Of a DNA stretch of 64,000 nucleotides, positions 46,925 to 58,310 are shown one piece after another. Source of the stretch: Methylotenera sp. Its GTDB lineage: Bacteria > Pseudomonadota > Gammaproteobacteria > Burkholderiales > Methylophilaceae. The notes beneath the pieces are model-generated. The model saw only the letters and a program-made list of their open reading frames with translations, was not told where the DNA came from and searched no databases. The stretch lies in contig JABFSF010000143.1 of the NCBI GenBank assembly GCA_013140755.1, positions 3,308 to 67,307 on the forward strand, in the 5' to 3' direction. The position numbers and the translations under genes are program-made. Numbering within the stretch: the first letter of the stretch is position 1; every line of letters starts with the position of its first letter.

Positions 46925-47656
46925 TCATTGATGTATTGTTGGTGGTGCTTTTTGATTAAAGCTTGCTACTAAAACACCTAATTCATACAGTAGCCACATT
47001 GGCACTGCCAGCATAAATTGTGAAATAATGTCTGGTGGCGTAAAAATCGCACCTATCACAAAAGCAGCCACCACCACATAGCCTCTTGCTTCTTTTAATT
47101 GTGCGACTGTCACCCAGCCAAAGCGCACCATCATCACCACTGCGATTGGCACTTGAAAGGCTAATCCAAAAGCAAAAAATAAGGTGAGTACAAAATCTAA
47201 ATAATTGCCGATATCAGTCATCACTGCTACCCCCATGGGGGCGGTGCCAACCACAAAACCAAACACAACAGGAAACACCAAATAATAGGCAAAAGCCATT
47301 CCCATTAGAAACAGCGCGCAACTTGCCACAATGATAGGCAACATGAATTTTTTTTCGTGTGCGTATAACCCTGGTGAAACAAATGTCCAAGCTTGATACA
47401 TAGTGTGTGGCAGCGAAACAATAAAAGCGGTCATCATCGCCACCTTCATTGGTACAAAAAATGGAGTTGTGACCGCAGTTGCAATCATTTGCCCACCTTC
47501 AGGAAGTTTGCTTAACAATGGTGCAGCGAGCAATGCATAGATTTTATTCGCAAAAGGAAATAATGCGAAAAAGGCAAGCACAAAGCCAATCACCATACGT
47601 AACAGCCGATTACGCAGTTCAATCAGATGTGAAATAAAATTTTCAGTAGGTGTCAA
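46925..47656 (-). CDS. tatC: Twin-arginine translocase TatC (TTG start)
   Basis: SHLIELRNRL, PFFVPMK, SPGLYAHEKK, FTPPDIISQ. Confidence 0.98.
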   Translation of the reverse strand: MTPTENFISHLIELRNRLLRMVIGFVLAFFALFPFANKIYALLAAPLLSKLPEGGQMIATAVTTPFFVPMKVAMMTAFIVSLPHTMYQAWTFVSPGLYAHEKKFMLPIIVASCALFLMGMAFAYYLVFPVVFGFVVGTAPMGVAVMTDIGNYLDFVLTLFFAFGLAFQVPIAVVMMVRFGWVTVAQLKEARGYVVVAAFVIGAIFTPPDIISQFMLAVPMWLLYELGVLVASFNQKAPPTIHQ

Positions 47657-47662
47657 AGCGCA

Positions 47663-48064
47663 CTATTTGGAAAGGTTAATTTTTGAAAGAGATTTTTTAC
47701 GGACTGGTTTGATTAATGCGGGCTTTGCCTCTAGTGCGTCATCAGACTCAGCCAACACAACCTCTGCCTCTTGGTTCAATGCCACCATTTCAAGTGCTTC
47801 AACCTGCTGAGTCATGCCTTGCGCTGCATTTTGCAAACTTGATTGGGTTTGATTAGCAACATTTTTTATTTCTTGCTGTAGTTGCTGCAACTCCTCAAAT
47901 CGAGCCTCACGGTTAACTTCTTCTTTGATTTGCGCAGCATATTTTTGCATCCTCCCCATCAAGGCACCTAGTGTACGAGCAATTTTGGGGAGTTTTTCTG
48001 GGCCAATAACAATTAGTGCTACCACCGCAATCACCACCAGCTCAGAAAACGAAATATCAAACAT
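47663..48064 (-). CDS. tatB: Twin-arginine translocase TatB
   Basis: MFDISFSELVVIAVVALIVIGPEKLP. Confidence 0.97.
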   Translation of the reverse strand: MFDISFSELVVIAVVALIVIGPEKLPKIARTLGALMGRMQKYAAQIKEEVNREARFEELQQLQQEIKNVANQTQSSLQNAAQGMTQQVEALEMVALNQEAEVVLAESDDALEAKPALIKPVRKKSLSKINLSK

Positions 48065-48073
48065 GAGGATAAA

Positions 48074-48283
48074 TTACTGCTGCGTTTTATTAGTCACTTC
48101 ACCCTGAATCACATCGCCCTTTTTATCAGCTGTTTCTGATATTTGTCCATCTTTCATGGCTTTTTTGAACTCATTCACAGCACCACCCACATCGCCACCA
48201 ATGTTTTTTAATTTTTTAGTGCCAAAAACCAACACCACAACTAACAACACTATTAACCAATGCCAAATACTGAATGATCCCAT
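48074..48283 (-). CDS. tatA: Twin-arginine translocase TatA/E
   Basis: [33 protein letters not shown]. Confidence 0.97.
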   Translation of the reverse strand: MGSFSIWHWLIVLLVVVLVFGTKKLKNIGGDVGGAVNEFKKAMKDGQISETADKKGDVIQGEVTNKTQQ

Positions 48284-48312
48284 AATAATCTCCTTAAAAT
48301 AATGGATGAATA

Positions 48313-48630
48313 CTAGCCACCCAAAACATGCACATGCAAATGAAATACTTCTTGCCCACCCTCACGACCTGTATTGATGATGGTTTTAAAGCCCTTTAAA
48401 CCCTGCTCAGTTGCTAATTTAGGGGCAAGTAGCAGTATCTTACCAAGCAGTTGCTGATGCGTTGCATCGCAGCTTTGCAAGCTTTCCACATGTAATTTTG
48501 GCACGATTAAAAAATGGACTTTTGCCGCTGGGTTAATGTCATGAAAGGCAATCACATCTTTATCTTCATAAATCTTTTTTGAGGGAATTGCGCCACTGAT
48601 GATTTTACAAAATATACAATCATCACTCAT
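48313..48630 (-). CDS. hinT: Histidine triad nucleotide-binding protein
   Basis: DCIFCKI...HLHVH HIT motif. Confidence 0.93.
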   Translation of the reverse strand: MSDDCIFCKIISGAIPSKKIYEDKDVIAFHDINPAAKVHFLIVPKLHVESLQSCDATHQQLLGKILLLAPKLATEQGLKGFKTIINTGREGGQEVFHLHVHVLGG

Positions 48631-48944
48631 TTTGACCGACTTTCTTTTTCCACAATTCCCGACAAGCCCTCGCGCCGCGCCAGCTCATCTAATACTGCTT
48701 GCGGCTTAATTTCTGCTTTTGCAAGCATCACCAGCGTGTGAAACCATAAATCCGCTGTTTCATAAATAATCTCGTCCTTATTGCCGCCTTTGGCCGCGAT
48801 TACGGTTTCTGTCGCCTCTTCACCCACTTTTTTTAGGATACTGTCCATGCCTTTGGCGTACAGTTTTGCTACATAAGATGAGGCAGGGTCGGCCGTTTTA
48901 CGTTGCTCTAAAAGTTCGGACAATCGATTCAATATATCATTCAT
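48627..48944 (-). CDS. hisE: Phosphoribosyl-ATP pyrophosphatase
   Basis: [10 protein letters not shown]...KKVGEEATE...ETADLWFH; start corrected to ATG 48944. Confidence 0.97.
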   Translation of the reverse strand: MNDILNRLSELLEQRKTADPASSYVAKLYAKGMDSILKKVGEEATETVIAAKGGNKDEIIYETADLWFHTLVMLAKAEIKPQAVLDELARREGLSGIVEKESRSK

Positions 48945-49323
48945 GCTTATAAATCTCATTAGGGTCTTTAATCACCGCTTGATCTGTGACCCACGCATTA
49001 TTTTCCAATTTTTGAAAAAAACAATTGTGCCGCCCTGTATGGCAAGCAATACCACCAATTTGCTCAACACTTAATAAAATCACATCTTCATCGCAATCCA
49101 CGCGAATTTCATGCACAAGTTGTGTATGCCCTGACTCTTCGCCCTTACGCCATAATTTGTTACGCGACCGTGACCAATACACGGCTTTTTTGGTGTCGTT
49201 AGTAAGTTGGAGAGCCTCACGGTTCATCCAAGCAAACATCAGCACACGACCAGTATCATGCGCTTGCGCAATCACAGGCACCAAGCCGTTTGCATCCCAC
49301 TTTATTACATCTAACCAATTCAT
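48937..49323 (-). CDS. hisI: Phosphoribosyl-AMP cyclohydrolase
   Basis: [17 protein letters not shown]...DCDED...ACHTG. Confidence 0.98.
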   Translation of the reverse strand: MNWLDVIKWDANGLVPVIAQAHDTGRVLMFAWMNREALQLTNDTKKAVYWSRSRNKLWRKGEESGHTQLVHEIRVDCDEDVILLSVEQIGGIACHTGRHNCFFQKLENNAWVTDQAVIKDPNEIYKHE

Positions 49324-50084
49324 AGTCTGACTTCAATTCCGTGTTGTTGCATATACGCTTTAGCTTGTTGCACTGTATATTCACCATAGTGAAAAATACT
49401 TGCCGCAAGCACCGCATCTGCGCCACCTAGCTGTATGCCTTCTACCAAATGTTGCAAGTTGCCTACACCACCTGAAGCGATAATCGGTACGTCCACCGCA
49501 TTTGAGATCGCACGATTGAGTGGGTTATTAAAGCCAATTTTTGTACCATCTCTATCCATACTGGTCACGAGCAATTCACCCGCACCTAAGCTCACCATGT
49601 ACTCAGCCCATTTGACCGCATCCAATCCAGTTGGTTTGCGCCCACCGTGCGTAAACACCTCCCACTCAAAAGCTTGGTTTTCTACTTTTTTGGCATCTAT
49701 CGCCACCACAATACACTGTGAGCCAAACCGCGCGGCGGCATCGCGCACCATATTGGGGTTAAGCACGGCTGTGGTGTTAATGCTCACTTTATCTGCCCCT
49801 GCATTTAGCAAACGACGCACATCTTCCACTTCACGCACACCACCGCCCACTGTGAGCGGAATGAATACTTGCGAAGCGACTTCTTCAATAATGTGCAAAA
49901 GCAAACCGCGGTTATCTGAACTCGCGGTAATATCTAAAAAAGTCAGCTCATCTGCGCCTTGCTCATCATAACGCTTAGCAATTTCTACAGGGTCGCCTGC
50001 ATCACGTAGTTCAAGAAAATTCACACCCTTCACCACGCGACCATCAGTCACATCTAAACAAGGAATAATACGTTTAGCGAGCAC
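49320..50084 (-). CDS. hisF: Imidazole glycerol phosphate synthase cyclase subunit (GTG start)
   Basis: KRIIPCLDV...[13 protein letters not shown]...TSMDRDGT. Confidence 0.99.
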   Translation of the reverse strand: MLAKRIIPCLDVTDGRVVKGVNFLELRDAGDPVEIAKRYDEQGADELTFLDITASSDNRGLLLHIIEEVASQVFIPLTVGGGVREVEDVRRLLNAGADKVSINTTAVLNPNMVRDAAARFGSQCIVVAIDAKKVENQAFEWEVFTHGGRKPTGLDAVKWAEYMVSLGAGELLVTSMDRDGTKIGFNNPLNRAISNAVDVPIIASGGVGNLQHLVEGIQLGGADAVLAASIFHYGEYTVQQAKAYMQQHGIEVRL

Positions 50085-50817
50085 TTAATTCATCCGCTAA
50101 TTTTTGTGCTGCAGCAAAATCTAATGTGCCTTCATATATCGCACGACCTGTAATGGTGCCGATAATACCTTCGCTGGCAACCGCACAAAGTTTTCGCACA
50201 TCATCTAAATTAGTAACGCCACCTGAAGCAATCACAGGAATTGTCAAGGCTTGTGCCAAAGCCACGGTGGCTTCAATATTCACGCCTGTCAGCATACCAT
50301 CACGACCAATATCCGTATAAACGATAGAGCTCACGCCGTAATCTTCAAACTTTTTGGCCAAGTCAATCACATCATGCCCTGTGAGCTTAGACCATCCATC
50401 AATGGCCACTTTGCCATCTTTGGCATCTAAACCTACCATAATTTGACTAGGAAAAGCATCGCAAGCCTCATGCAAAAAACCTGGCGTTTTTACCGCAGCA
50501 GTACCGATAATAATGTAATCAATCCCATTATCTAAATAACGCTCAATGGTTTCTAAATCACGAATCCCACCACCTAATTGAATAGGGATTTCGCCTTTTA
50601 CGGCACTCACAATAGATTTAATCGCGCCTTCGTTGACGGGCTTGCCCGCAAATGCACCGTTTAAATCCACCAAATGTAGGCGTTTACCACCACGATCAAC
50701 CCAATGGCGCGCCATTGCTCCTGGGTCTTCAGAAAACACAGTGGACTCTTCCATTAAGCCTTGTTTTAGTCGCACGCAGTGCCCATCTTTAAGATCAATT
50801 GCAGGAATAATTAACAT
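50074..50817 (-). CDS. hisA: ProFAR isomerase
   Basis: [15 protein letters not shown]...HLVDLNGA...YTDIGRDG. Confidence 0.98.
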   Translation of the reverse strand: MLIIPAIDLKDGHCVRLKQGLMEESTVFSEDPGAMARHWVDRGGKRLHLVDLNGAFAGKPVNEGAIKSIVSAVKGEIPIQLGGGIRDLETIERYLDNGIDYIIIGTAAVKTPGFLHEACDAFPSQIMVGLDAKDGKVAIDGWSKLTGHDVIDLAKKFEDYGVSSIVYTDIGRDGMLTGVNIEATVALAQALTIPVIASGGVTNLDDVRKLCAVASEGIIGTITGRAIYEGTLDFAAAQKLADELSAR

Positions 50818-50901
50818 AGTGATTGTAGATAAATAATAAAAATGTTGAACAAAATAAAATGTTGATTAAAGAAGTCGTATTTTTCAGCAAAAAAAGATGT
50901 G

Positions 50902-51558
50902 TTAAGGGTTCCAAGCAATAAAGTTGCTTAACATTTGCAAGCCAGCATTCGCGCTTTTTTCTGGGTGAAACTGCACCGCGAATAAATTATCTTTCGCTAT
51001 TGCTCCCGTAAAGCGTTGAGGATACTCACTAAAACCTGACGTAATGCTATCGTCATCTGGCAACACATAATAGCTATGCACATAATAAAAGCGCGCACCA
51101 TTTTCAATGCCTTGCCATAAACAGTGCGGCTTTTGACTCACTTGTGATTGATACACTTGATTCCAGCCCATGTGCGGCACTTTAAGCTTTGCACCGTTCG
51201 CATCATGCATCGCATCCGCATTAAACCGCGTTACAAGTCCATTGAACACTCCTAAACCTGGACAATCCCCTTCTTCAGAGTGCTCAAATAACATTTGCAT
51301 CCCAATGCAAATACCTAAGAAAGGTTTATTGCTTGTTGCATCAATCACCGCCTGCCTTAATCCACGCAAATCCAACTCTCTAATACAATCAGGCATTGCC
51401 CCTTGCCCAGGAAACACCACGCGCGATGCACTTGCTATGTCTTTGGGGTTGCTAGTGACCAATACATTTTTTGTTGGAGCTACATGCTCAAGGGCTTTAG
51501 ACACTGAGCGTAAATTACCCATGCCATAATCCACCACCGCGATGTCAATTTTTTTCAT
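50902..51558 (-). CDS. hisH: Imidazole glycerol phosphate synthase glutaminase subunit
   Basis: DYGMGNLRSV, FLGICIGMQ, PHMGWN, QFHPEKS; start corrected to ATG 51558. Confidence 0.98.
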   Translation of the reverse strand: MKKIDIAVVDYGMGNLRSVSKALEHVAPTKNVLVTSNPKDIASASRVVFPGQGAMPDCIRELDLRGLRQAVIDATSNKPFLGICIGMQMLFEHSEEGDCPGLGVFNGLVTRFNADAMHDANGAKLKVPHMGWNQVYQSQVSQKPHCLWQGIENGARFYYVHSYYVLPDDDSITSGFSEYPQRFTGAIAKDNLFAVQFHPEKSANAGLQMLSNFIAWNP

Positions 51559-51586
51559 GCTCGTATCAAACAATTCAATGCGGAAT

Positions 51587-52174
51587 TTATAAACTGCCCT
51601 TGGTAGATGGCATGATGCCAGCCATGCGCTCATCATGTGCTAAGGCCATACGCAATGCACGTCCAAACGCCTTAAAAATGGTTTCCGCTTGATGATGCGC
51701 GTTATGTCCTTTTAAGTTGTCAATGTGCAAAGTGATATTAGCGTGATTGACAAAGCCTTGAAAAAACTCATGGACTAAATCCACATCAAAACTCCCAATC
51801 GCTGCTCTTGTGAATTCACAATTAAACGTCAAACCTGGACGACCAGAGATATCTAACACCACGCGCGACAATGCCTCATCTAGCGGCACATAGGCATATC
51901 CATAGCGAACAATGCCTTTTTTATCACCAATGGCCTGCGCAAATGCCTGACCAAGTGTAATGCCGATGTCTTCAACCGTATGATGCGCATCAATATGTAA
52001 ATCGCCTTTAGCATTCACTTCAATATCCATCATGCCATGACGTGCAATCTGGTCTAACATATGATCCAAAAAGCCTAACCCTGTATTAAAGGCAGATACT
52101 CCCGTACCATCTAGATTGATATTGACGGAGATTTGCGTTTCTAGGGTATTTCTATTAACTTTAGCCGTGCGCAT
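51587..52174 (-). CDS. hisB: Imidazoleglycerol-phosphate dehydratase (monofunctional)
   Basis: [28 protein letters not shown]; start corrected to ATG 52174. Confidence 0.98.
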   Translation of the reverse strand: MRTAKVNRNTLETQISVNINLDGTGVSAFNTGLGFLDHMLDQIARHGMMDIEVNAKGDLHIDAHHTVEDIGITLGQAFAQAIGDKKGIVRYGYAYVPLDEALSRVVLDISGRPGLTFNCEFTRAAIGSFDVDLVHEFFQGFVNHANITLHIDNLKGHNAHHQAETIFKAFGRALRMALAHDERMAGIMPSTKGSL

Positions 52175-52295
52175 ATCGTGTATTTCACCTGTTTGTTTAT
52201 ATCGCATTTTAACTCATTAAAAGACAGTGTCGTATAGTTACTGCCATAAATCACTATGATTCAATACAAAAAATGATGCATTTCGCGCAATAAAC

Positions 52296-52326
52296 AAAAA
52301 ACCCCAGTTTTAAGGCTGGGGTTTTT
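52296..52326 (-). terminator. Intrinsic terminator after hxlA
   Basis: AAAAACCCCAG-CCTTAAAA-CTGGGGTTTTTT on minus strand. Confidence 0.85.
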
Positions 52327-52346
52327 AATAATGCTTACTCAGTCAA

Positions 52347-53024
52347 TTAGCTGAATAATTTTTTCAACCAGCCAAATACACCACCTGTTGAACCACCATG
52401 AGCGATTGCAGTAATTTCTGCAGCAGCAACCGCTGGGTCAGCAGCACCATAAATAGCAGCACCAGCAACAATAATTGTTGCGCCAGCATCGCGCACTTGT
52501 GCAGTAGTAGCCGCTTTAACACCGCCAGCCACTGAAATTTCAAGACCTAAATTCAAACCAGCAACCATTGCCAAATCGTTAAATGGCGTTTGACCTGCGG
52601 CTTGTTGATCCAAACCAGTATGCACGCCAATAATGTGAGCACCCAATTTAGCCACTTCTTGTGTACGTGCTTTTTTATCAGCAACGTTAATCAAGTCAAT
52701 TTGTGCTTTTTTTCCGTATTTGTTAGCAACATCAATCACACCTTTGATAGTGCCGATGTCTGAAGTGCCCAAAACAGTACAAATATCTGCACCTGCTTTG
52801 TAGAATGGCTCAGCTTCATAGTAGCCAGCATCCATTGTTTTTAAATCAACTAAAATTTTGTTGTTTGGAAATTTAGCGCGTAATGTTTGTAGTAATTTGA
52901 TACCGTTATGCTTAATGCATGGCGTACCAATTTCTAAAATATCTACGTGTGGAGCAACTTTAGTTGCTAAAGCAACAGTTGCGTCAAAGTCTAGTGAATC
53001 TAATGCCATTTGGGTTTGTGCCAC
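52347..53024 (-). CDS. hxlA: 3-hexulose-6-phosphate synthase (RuMP formaldehyde fixation), GTG start, with C-terminal extension
   Basis: QMALD, DILEIGTP, VDLKTMDAG, GVHTGLDQQA, VAGGV, IVAGAAI; GGAGG SD. Confidence 0.95.
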   Translation of the reverse strand: MAQTQMALDSLDFDATVALATKVAPHVDILEIGTPCIKHNGIKLLQTLRAKFPNNKILVDLKTMDAGYYEAEPFYKAGADICTVLGTSDIGTIKGVIDVANKYGKKAQIDLINVADKKARTQEVAKLGAHIIGVHTGLDQQAAGQTPFNDLAMVAGLNLGLEISVAGGVKAATTAQVRDAGATIIVAGAAIYGAADPAVAAAEITAIAHGGSTGGVFGWLKKLFS

Positions 53025-53254
53025 GATACATCCTCCAACTAATAATAAATCAAATCATGATTTACTTAGGTTAAAAATACGAAATTGAAAATAATTATTA
53101 TTTGTGCACAAAACGCACATTTCGCTATGATAACTGTAGTTATAGTAAAAGTTCAACCTTTTCATGCTTTTTTTACTATTTTTGTGTGGTTTTTTCACAT
53201 TTTTAATCAAAAATCTGTCGTGCCGTGCATTGTCTTTCGTCTCATATCAAACGC

Positions 53255-54340
53255 TTATGCTTTCAATGAGACTACCGAAGTGTTCAGAATTTCTTTCAAT
53301 GCTTTCACTAACTGCTCTGTTTGCGCATTAGTACCAATCGTAATGCGCATATAGTCACTGATGCGGCTGGGCATTTTAAAATGTCGCACAATGATGCTTT
53401 TTTCACGTAAGGCTGCGCTGATTTCTGCGCCATGCTTAGCGTTGTGTTTAGCAAAAATAAAGTTAGCACCTGAAGGTAAAACTTCAAAGCCTAATTGGGT
53501 CAGATTTTGAATCAAAACCTCTCGCGTGGTAATCACTTTGCGACAAGTTTCTTCAAAATACGCAACATCTTGCATGGCAGCAATCGCTCCCGCTGAGGCA
53601 AAACGGTCTATTGGATAAGAGTTAAAACTATCTTTTACGCGAATTAAAGCTTCTATTAAATCAGCGTGACCTAGCGCATAACCCACGCGCAAACCTGCCA
53701 ATGAGCGCGCTTTAGATAAAGTATGTACCACTAACAAATTGGGATAAGTGTTGATTAAACTTACCGCAGAGTCTGTGCCAAAATCCACATAGGCCTCATC
53801 TATCACAACAACCGACTGCGTATTCTTTTTCAGCAAACTTTCAATATCAACCAATGCCAATGGAATGCCCGTTGGTGCATTGGGATTAGGAAATATAATG
53901 CCGCCATTGGGCTGTTGATAATCCTCAACATTGAAAGTGAAATCTTCCGCAAGAGGAATGGTTTGATATTCAATATCGTATAAGCCACAATAAACAGGGT
54001 AAAAACTATAGGTAATGTCGGGAAATAATAATGGTCTGCTATGCTTTAATAACGCCTGAAACACATGCGCTAACACCTCATCCGAGCCATTACCGACAAA
54101 CACCTGATTCACATTCAACTGATGCACCTTGGCTATCGCCACTTTAAGCGCATCTGAATTTGGGTCTGGGTATAGACGTAAAGAATCTGCAGCCTCAAGC
54201 TTTAACGCCTCTATCACCTTAGGGCTAGGACCATAAGGATTCTCGTTAGTATTCAGCTTCACGAGGTTTTCTAATTTAGGCTGCTCACCTGGCACATACG
54301 GGGTGAGCTTGTGGACAATGTCACTCCAAAATTGGCTCAT
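53255..54340 (-). CDS. hisC: Histidinol-phosphate aminotransferase
   Basis: [41 protein letters not shown]. Confidence 0.98.
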   Translation of the reverse strand: MSQFWSDIVHKLTPYVPGEQPKLENLVKLNTNENPYGPSPKVIEALKLEAADSLRLYPDPNSDALKVAIAKVHQLNVNQVFVGNGSDEVLAHVFQALLKHSRPLLFPDITYSFYPVYCGLYDIEYQTIPLAEDFTFNVEDYQQPNGGIIFPNPNAPTGIPLALVDIESLLKKNTQSVVVIDEAYVDFGTDSAVSLINTYPNLLVVHTLSKARSLAGLRVGYALGHADLIEALIRVKDSFNSYPIDRFASAGAIAAMQDVAYFEETCRKVITTREVLIQNLTQLGFEVLPSGANFIFAKHNAKHGAEISAALREKSIIVRHFKMPSRISDYMRITIGTNAQTEQLVKALKEILNTSVVSLKA

Positions 54341-55635
54341 TATTTCAACCTAAACTCAGCAGAGCGAGCATGTGCCTGCAAGCCTTCGCCATAAGCCAAG
54401 GTTGCTGCAACCTTGCCTAATACTTGTGCGCCCGCTGATGACACCATAATCAAGCTAGAACGCTTTTGGAAGTCATATACACCCAGAGGTGACGAGAATC
54501 TAGCTGTGCGCGAAGTGGGCAATACGTGATTAGGACCTGCGCAGTAATCACCTAAAGCCTCGCAAGTATCACGCCCCATAAAAATCGCGCCAGCATGTTT
54601 GATTTTTGCACAATACGCAAGCGGGTCGTCCATAGAAAGCTCCAAGTGCTCAGGCGAAATATAGTTACAAATTTCGGCCGCCTCATCCATATCGCGCACA
54701 TGAATCAACGCACCTCTATCGGTTAAAGACTTGGTAATGATGTCTTTACGCGGCATTTCTTGCACTAATTTTTGAATGCTGGCGGTGACTTTATCCAAAA
54801 AGTCCGCATCTGGACTCAGTAAAATTGCTTGCGCCAACTCATCATGTTCAGCTTGGCTAAACAAATCCATCGCAATCCAATCAGGATTAGTTTTGCCATC
54901 GCATATCACTAAAATTTCTGATGGCCCTGCCACCATATCAATACCCACTACGCCAAACACACGACGCTTAGCGGCGGCTACATAGGCATTACCTGGACCA
55001 ACGACCTTATCCACTTGCGGCACAGTTTGCGTGCCATACGCCAACGCACCTACCGCTTGCGCACCACCAATGCAAAATACGCGGTCAACCCCACACACCG
55101 CTGCTGCCGCTAATACTAACTGGTTGCGTTCGCCATTGGGCGTAGGCACCACCATAATCAGCTCTTTTACGCCCGCCACTTTAGCTGGAATGGCGTTCAT
55201 TAATACGCTAGAAGGGTATGCCGCCTTGCCGCCTGGCACATACAAACCCACGCGGTCTAATGAAGTAACTTGCTGCCCTAACAACGTGCCATCCGCCTCG
55301 GTATAGCTCCAAGATTGCATCAATTGCTTTTCGTGATAGCCTCGCACACGGTCTGCCGCTACTTTTAATGCTTCGCGCTGATCTGTTGGCAAGCCATTTA
55401 AAGCGGCTTGTAACTCTGCTTGAGTGATTTCAAGCTCAGTTAAACTACTGGCACTTGTTTTATCAAAACGGCTAGTATATTCCAGCACCGCTTCATCACC
55501 ACGGCTTTTCACATCTTTTAAAATGTTAGCGACGACAACATCAATGCTGTCATCTTGCGCGGTTTCAAAAGCAAGCAGGGCTTTTAAGTCAGCATCAAAA
55601 CTGGCATCTTTGGTAGATAGTTTTCTAATGTTCAT
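54340..55635 (-). CDS. hisD: Histidinol dehydrogenase
   Basis: [37 protein letters not shown]. Confidence 0.99.
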   Translation of the reverse strand: MNIRKLSTKDASFDADLKALLAFETAQDDSIDVVVANILKDVKSRGDEAVLEYTSRFDKTSASSLTELEITQAELQAALNGLPTDQREALKVAADRVRGYHEKQLMQSWSYTEADGTLLGQQVTSLDRVGLYVPGGKAAYPSSVLMNAIPAKVAGVKELIMVVPTPNGERNQLVLAAAAVCGVDRVFCIGGAQAVGALAYGTQTVPQVDKVVGPGNAYVAAAKRRVFGVVGIDMVAGPSEILVICDGKTNPDWIAMDLFSQAEHDELAQAILLSPDADFLDKVTASIQKLVQEMPRKDIITKSLTDRGALIHVRDMDEAAEICNYISPEHLELSMDDPLAYCAKIKHAGAIFMGRDTCEALGDYCAGPNHVLPTSRTARFSSPLGVYDFQKRSSLIMVSSAGAQVLGKVAATLAYGEGLQAHARSAEFRLK

Positions 55636-55681
55636 CTTTAGTTCTCTACAATTTAATTTTCTTCATTTCGACCTAAAACAT

Positions 55682-55759
55682 GTAGGGTGTCAATAAGCGA
55701 AGTATTGCACCAAGCCATGATGCAAATAGTGCAATGCGCTTTGCTTATTGACACCCTAC
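55682..55759. repeat. Inverted pair of GTAG-type REP-like units (REPIN-like hairpin)
   Basis: GTAGGGTGTCAATAAGC (55682-55698) and its perfect complement (55743-55759); each unit also carries an internal GGTG.CAAT/ATTGCAC palindrome. Confidence 0.7.
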
Positions 55760-55768
55760 CATTCCTAG

Positions 55769-56413
55769 CTAGATTTGCTTACCAATCGCACCTACAAAAG
55801 CATCCATAATTGGTTGAATTTTATCTCTATTAAGCTTGAGAGAGGCTTGGTTGACCACTAAGCGTGAGCTTATATCGCCTACTTCCTCTACGGCTTTTAG
55901 ATTGTTGGCTCGCAAGGTGCTACCTGTACTGACCAAATCCACAATCGCATCTGCCAGCCCGACCAATGGACCGAGCTCCATAGAGCCATACAGTTTAATT
56001 AAATCAACATGCATGCCTTTTGCGGCAAAGTGTTCACGCGCGGTTTTAACGTATTTAGTCACTACTTTTAGCCTTGCGCCTTGGCGAATACTGGCTTCAT
56101 AATCAAAATCGTTACGCACTGCCACCATCATTTTGCATTTAGCAATTTGTAAATCAATCGGTTGATATAAACCTTCACCGCCATGCTCGTCCAGCACATC
56201 TTTACCCGCAATCCCCAAATCTGCCGCGCCATATTGCACATAGGTGGGCACATCGGTGGCCCGCACAATAATAAGACGCACATCGTCACGATTAGTGCCA
56301 ATAATCAGCTTGCGCGAAGCTTCAGGGTCTTCAGCCGCATGAATACCTGCTGCAGCCAAGAGTGGAACGGTTTCCTCAAAGATACGGCCTTTTGAAAGTG
56401 CGATTGTTATCAT
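55769..56413 (-). CDS. hisG: ATP phosphoribosyltransferase, short form (HisZ-dependent)
   Basis: [34 protein letters not shown]; 214 aa, no C-terminal regulatory domain. Confidence 0.98.
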   Translation of the reverse strand: MITIALSKGRIFEETVPLLAAAGIHAAEDPEASRKLIIGTNRDDVRLIIVRATDVPTYVQYGAADLGIAGKDVLDEHGGEGLYQPIDLQIAKCKMMVAVRNDFDYEASIRQGARLKVVTKYVKTAREHFAAKGMHVDLIKLYGSMELGPLVGLADAIVDLVSTGSTLRANNLKAVEEVGDISSRLVVNQASLKLNRDKIQPIMDAFVGAIGKQI

Positions 56414-56456
56414 ATTTTGTAGCTACAGAGAACACTGCGCTCTCTGCTGCAATGTC

Positions 56457-57722
<1,266 letters not shown>

Positions 57723-58034
57723 TTACTTAACCGCATCTAACATAGTTTGCAGTTCACCACTTTCATACATGGCACGCATAATATCTGAGCCGCCCACAAA
57801 CTCACCCTTGATGTAAAGCTGTGGAATGGTTGGCCAATTGGCATATTGCTTAATGCCTTCACGAATCGCTTGGTCTTGTAGCACATCCACCGCCACGTAT
57901 TTGGCTTGGCAAGCATCTAAAATTTGCGTGGCAAGGTTTGAAAAACCACATTGCGGAAACTTCGGACTACCTTTCATATAAAGCACCACTGGGTTTGTGG
58001 TGACCGTGTCTTTAATTTTTGCTTGTGTGTCCAT
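57723..58034 (-). CDS. grxD: Monothiol glutaredoxin (CGFS)
   Basis: MKGSPKFPQCGFS, WPTIPQLY, GGSDI; start corrected to ATG 58034. Confidence 0.96.
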   Translation of the reverse strand: MDTQAKIKDTVTTNPVVLYMKGSPKFPQCGFSNLATQILDACQAKYVAVDVLQDQAIREGIKQYANWPTIPQLYIKGEFVGGSDIMRAMYESGELQTMLDAVK

Positions 58035-58042
58035 GTAAATTC

Positions 58043-58288
58043 CTATTGATTGATTTCTTCCCATTTTTCAGGGGTAAATGTTTTCATTGAAAGCGCATGT
58101 ATTTCTGCACGCATACGGTCGCCCAATGCGCCATACACCAACTGATGTTGCTGCACCATGTTTTTGCCAATAAATGCTGGGCTCACAATCACCGCCTCAA
58201 AATGCGTACCATCATCGCCTAACACTTTAATGTAATCGCAGGCGAGATTTTGGGTAATGTAGCTTTCTAACTGTGCAGCACTTAACAA
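58043..58288 (-). CDS. BolA/IbaG family protein (TTG start)
   Basis: [16 protein letters not shown]...QHQLVY...IHALSMKT. Confidence 0.93.
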   Translation of the reverse strand: MLSAAQLESYITQNLACDYIKVLGDDGTHFEAVIVSPAFIGKNMVQQHQLVYGALGDRMRAEIHALSMKTFTPEKWEEINQ

Positions 58289-58310
58289 CTTTTACGACTC
58301 CTTGAAGCTC

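Noticed and set aside
53085-53354. 89-aa plus-strand ORF in the hxlA-hisC spacer
   Set aside because: Low-complexity AT-rich translation overlapping hisC antisense; no SD or motif
56419-56450. Short hairpin CAGAG...CTCTG between murA and hisG as a possible attenuator or REP
   Set aside because: Weak stem, no His-codon leader peptide and no second copy seen
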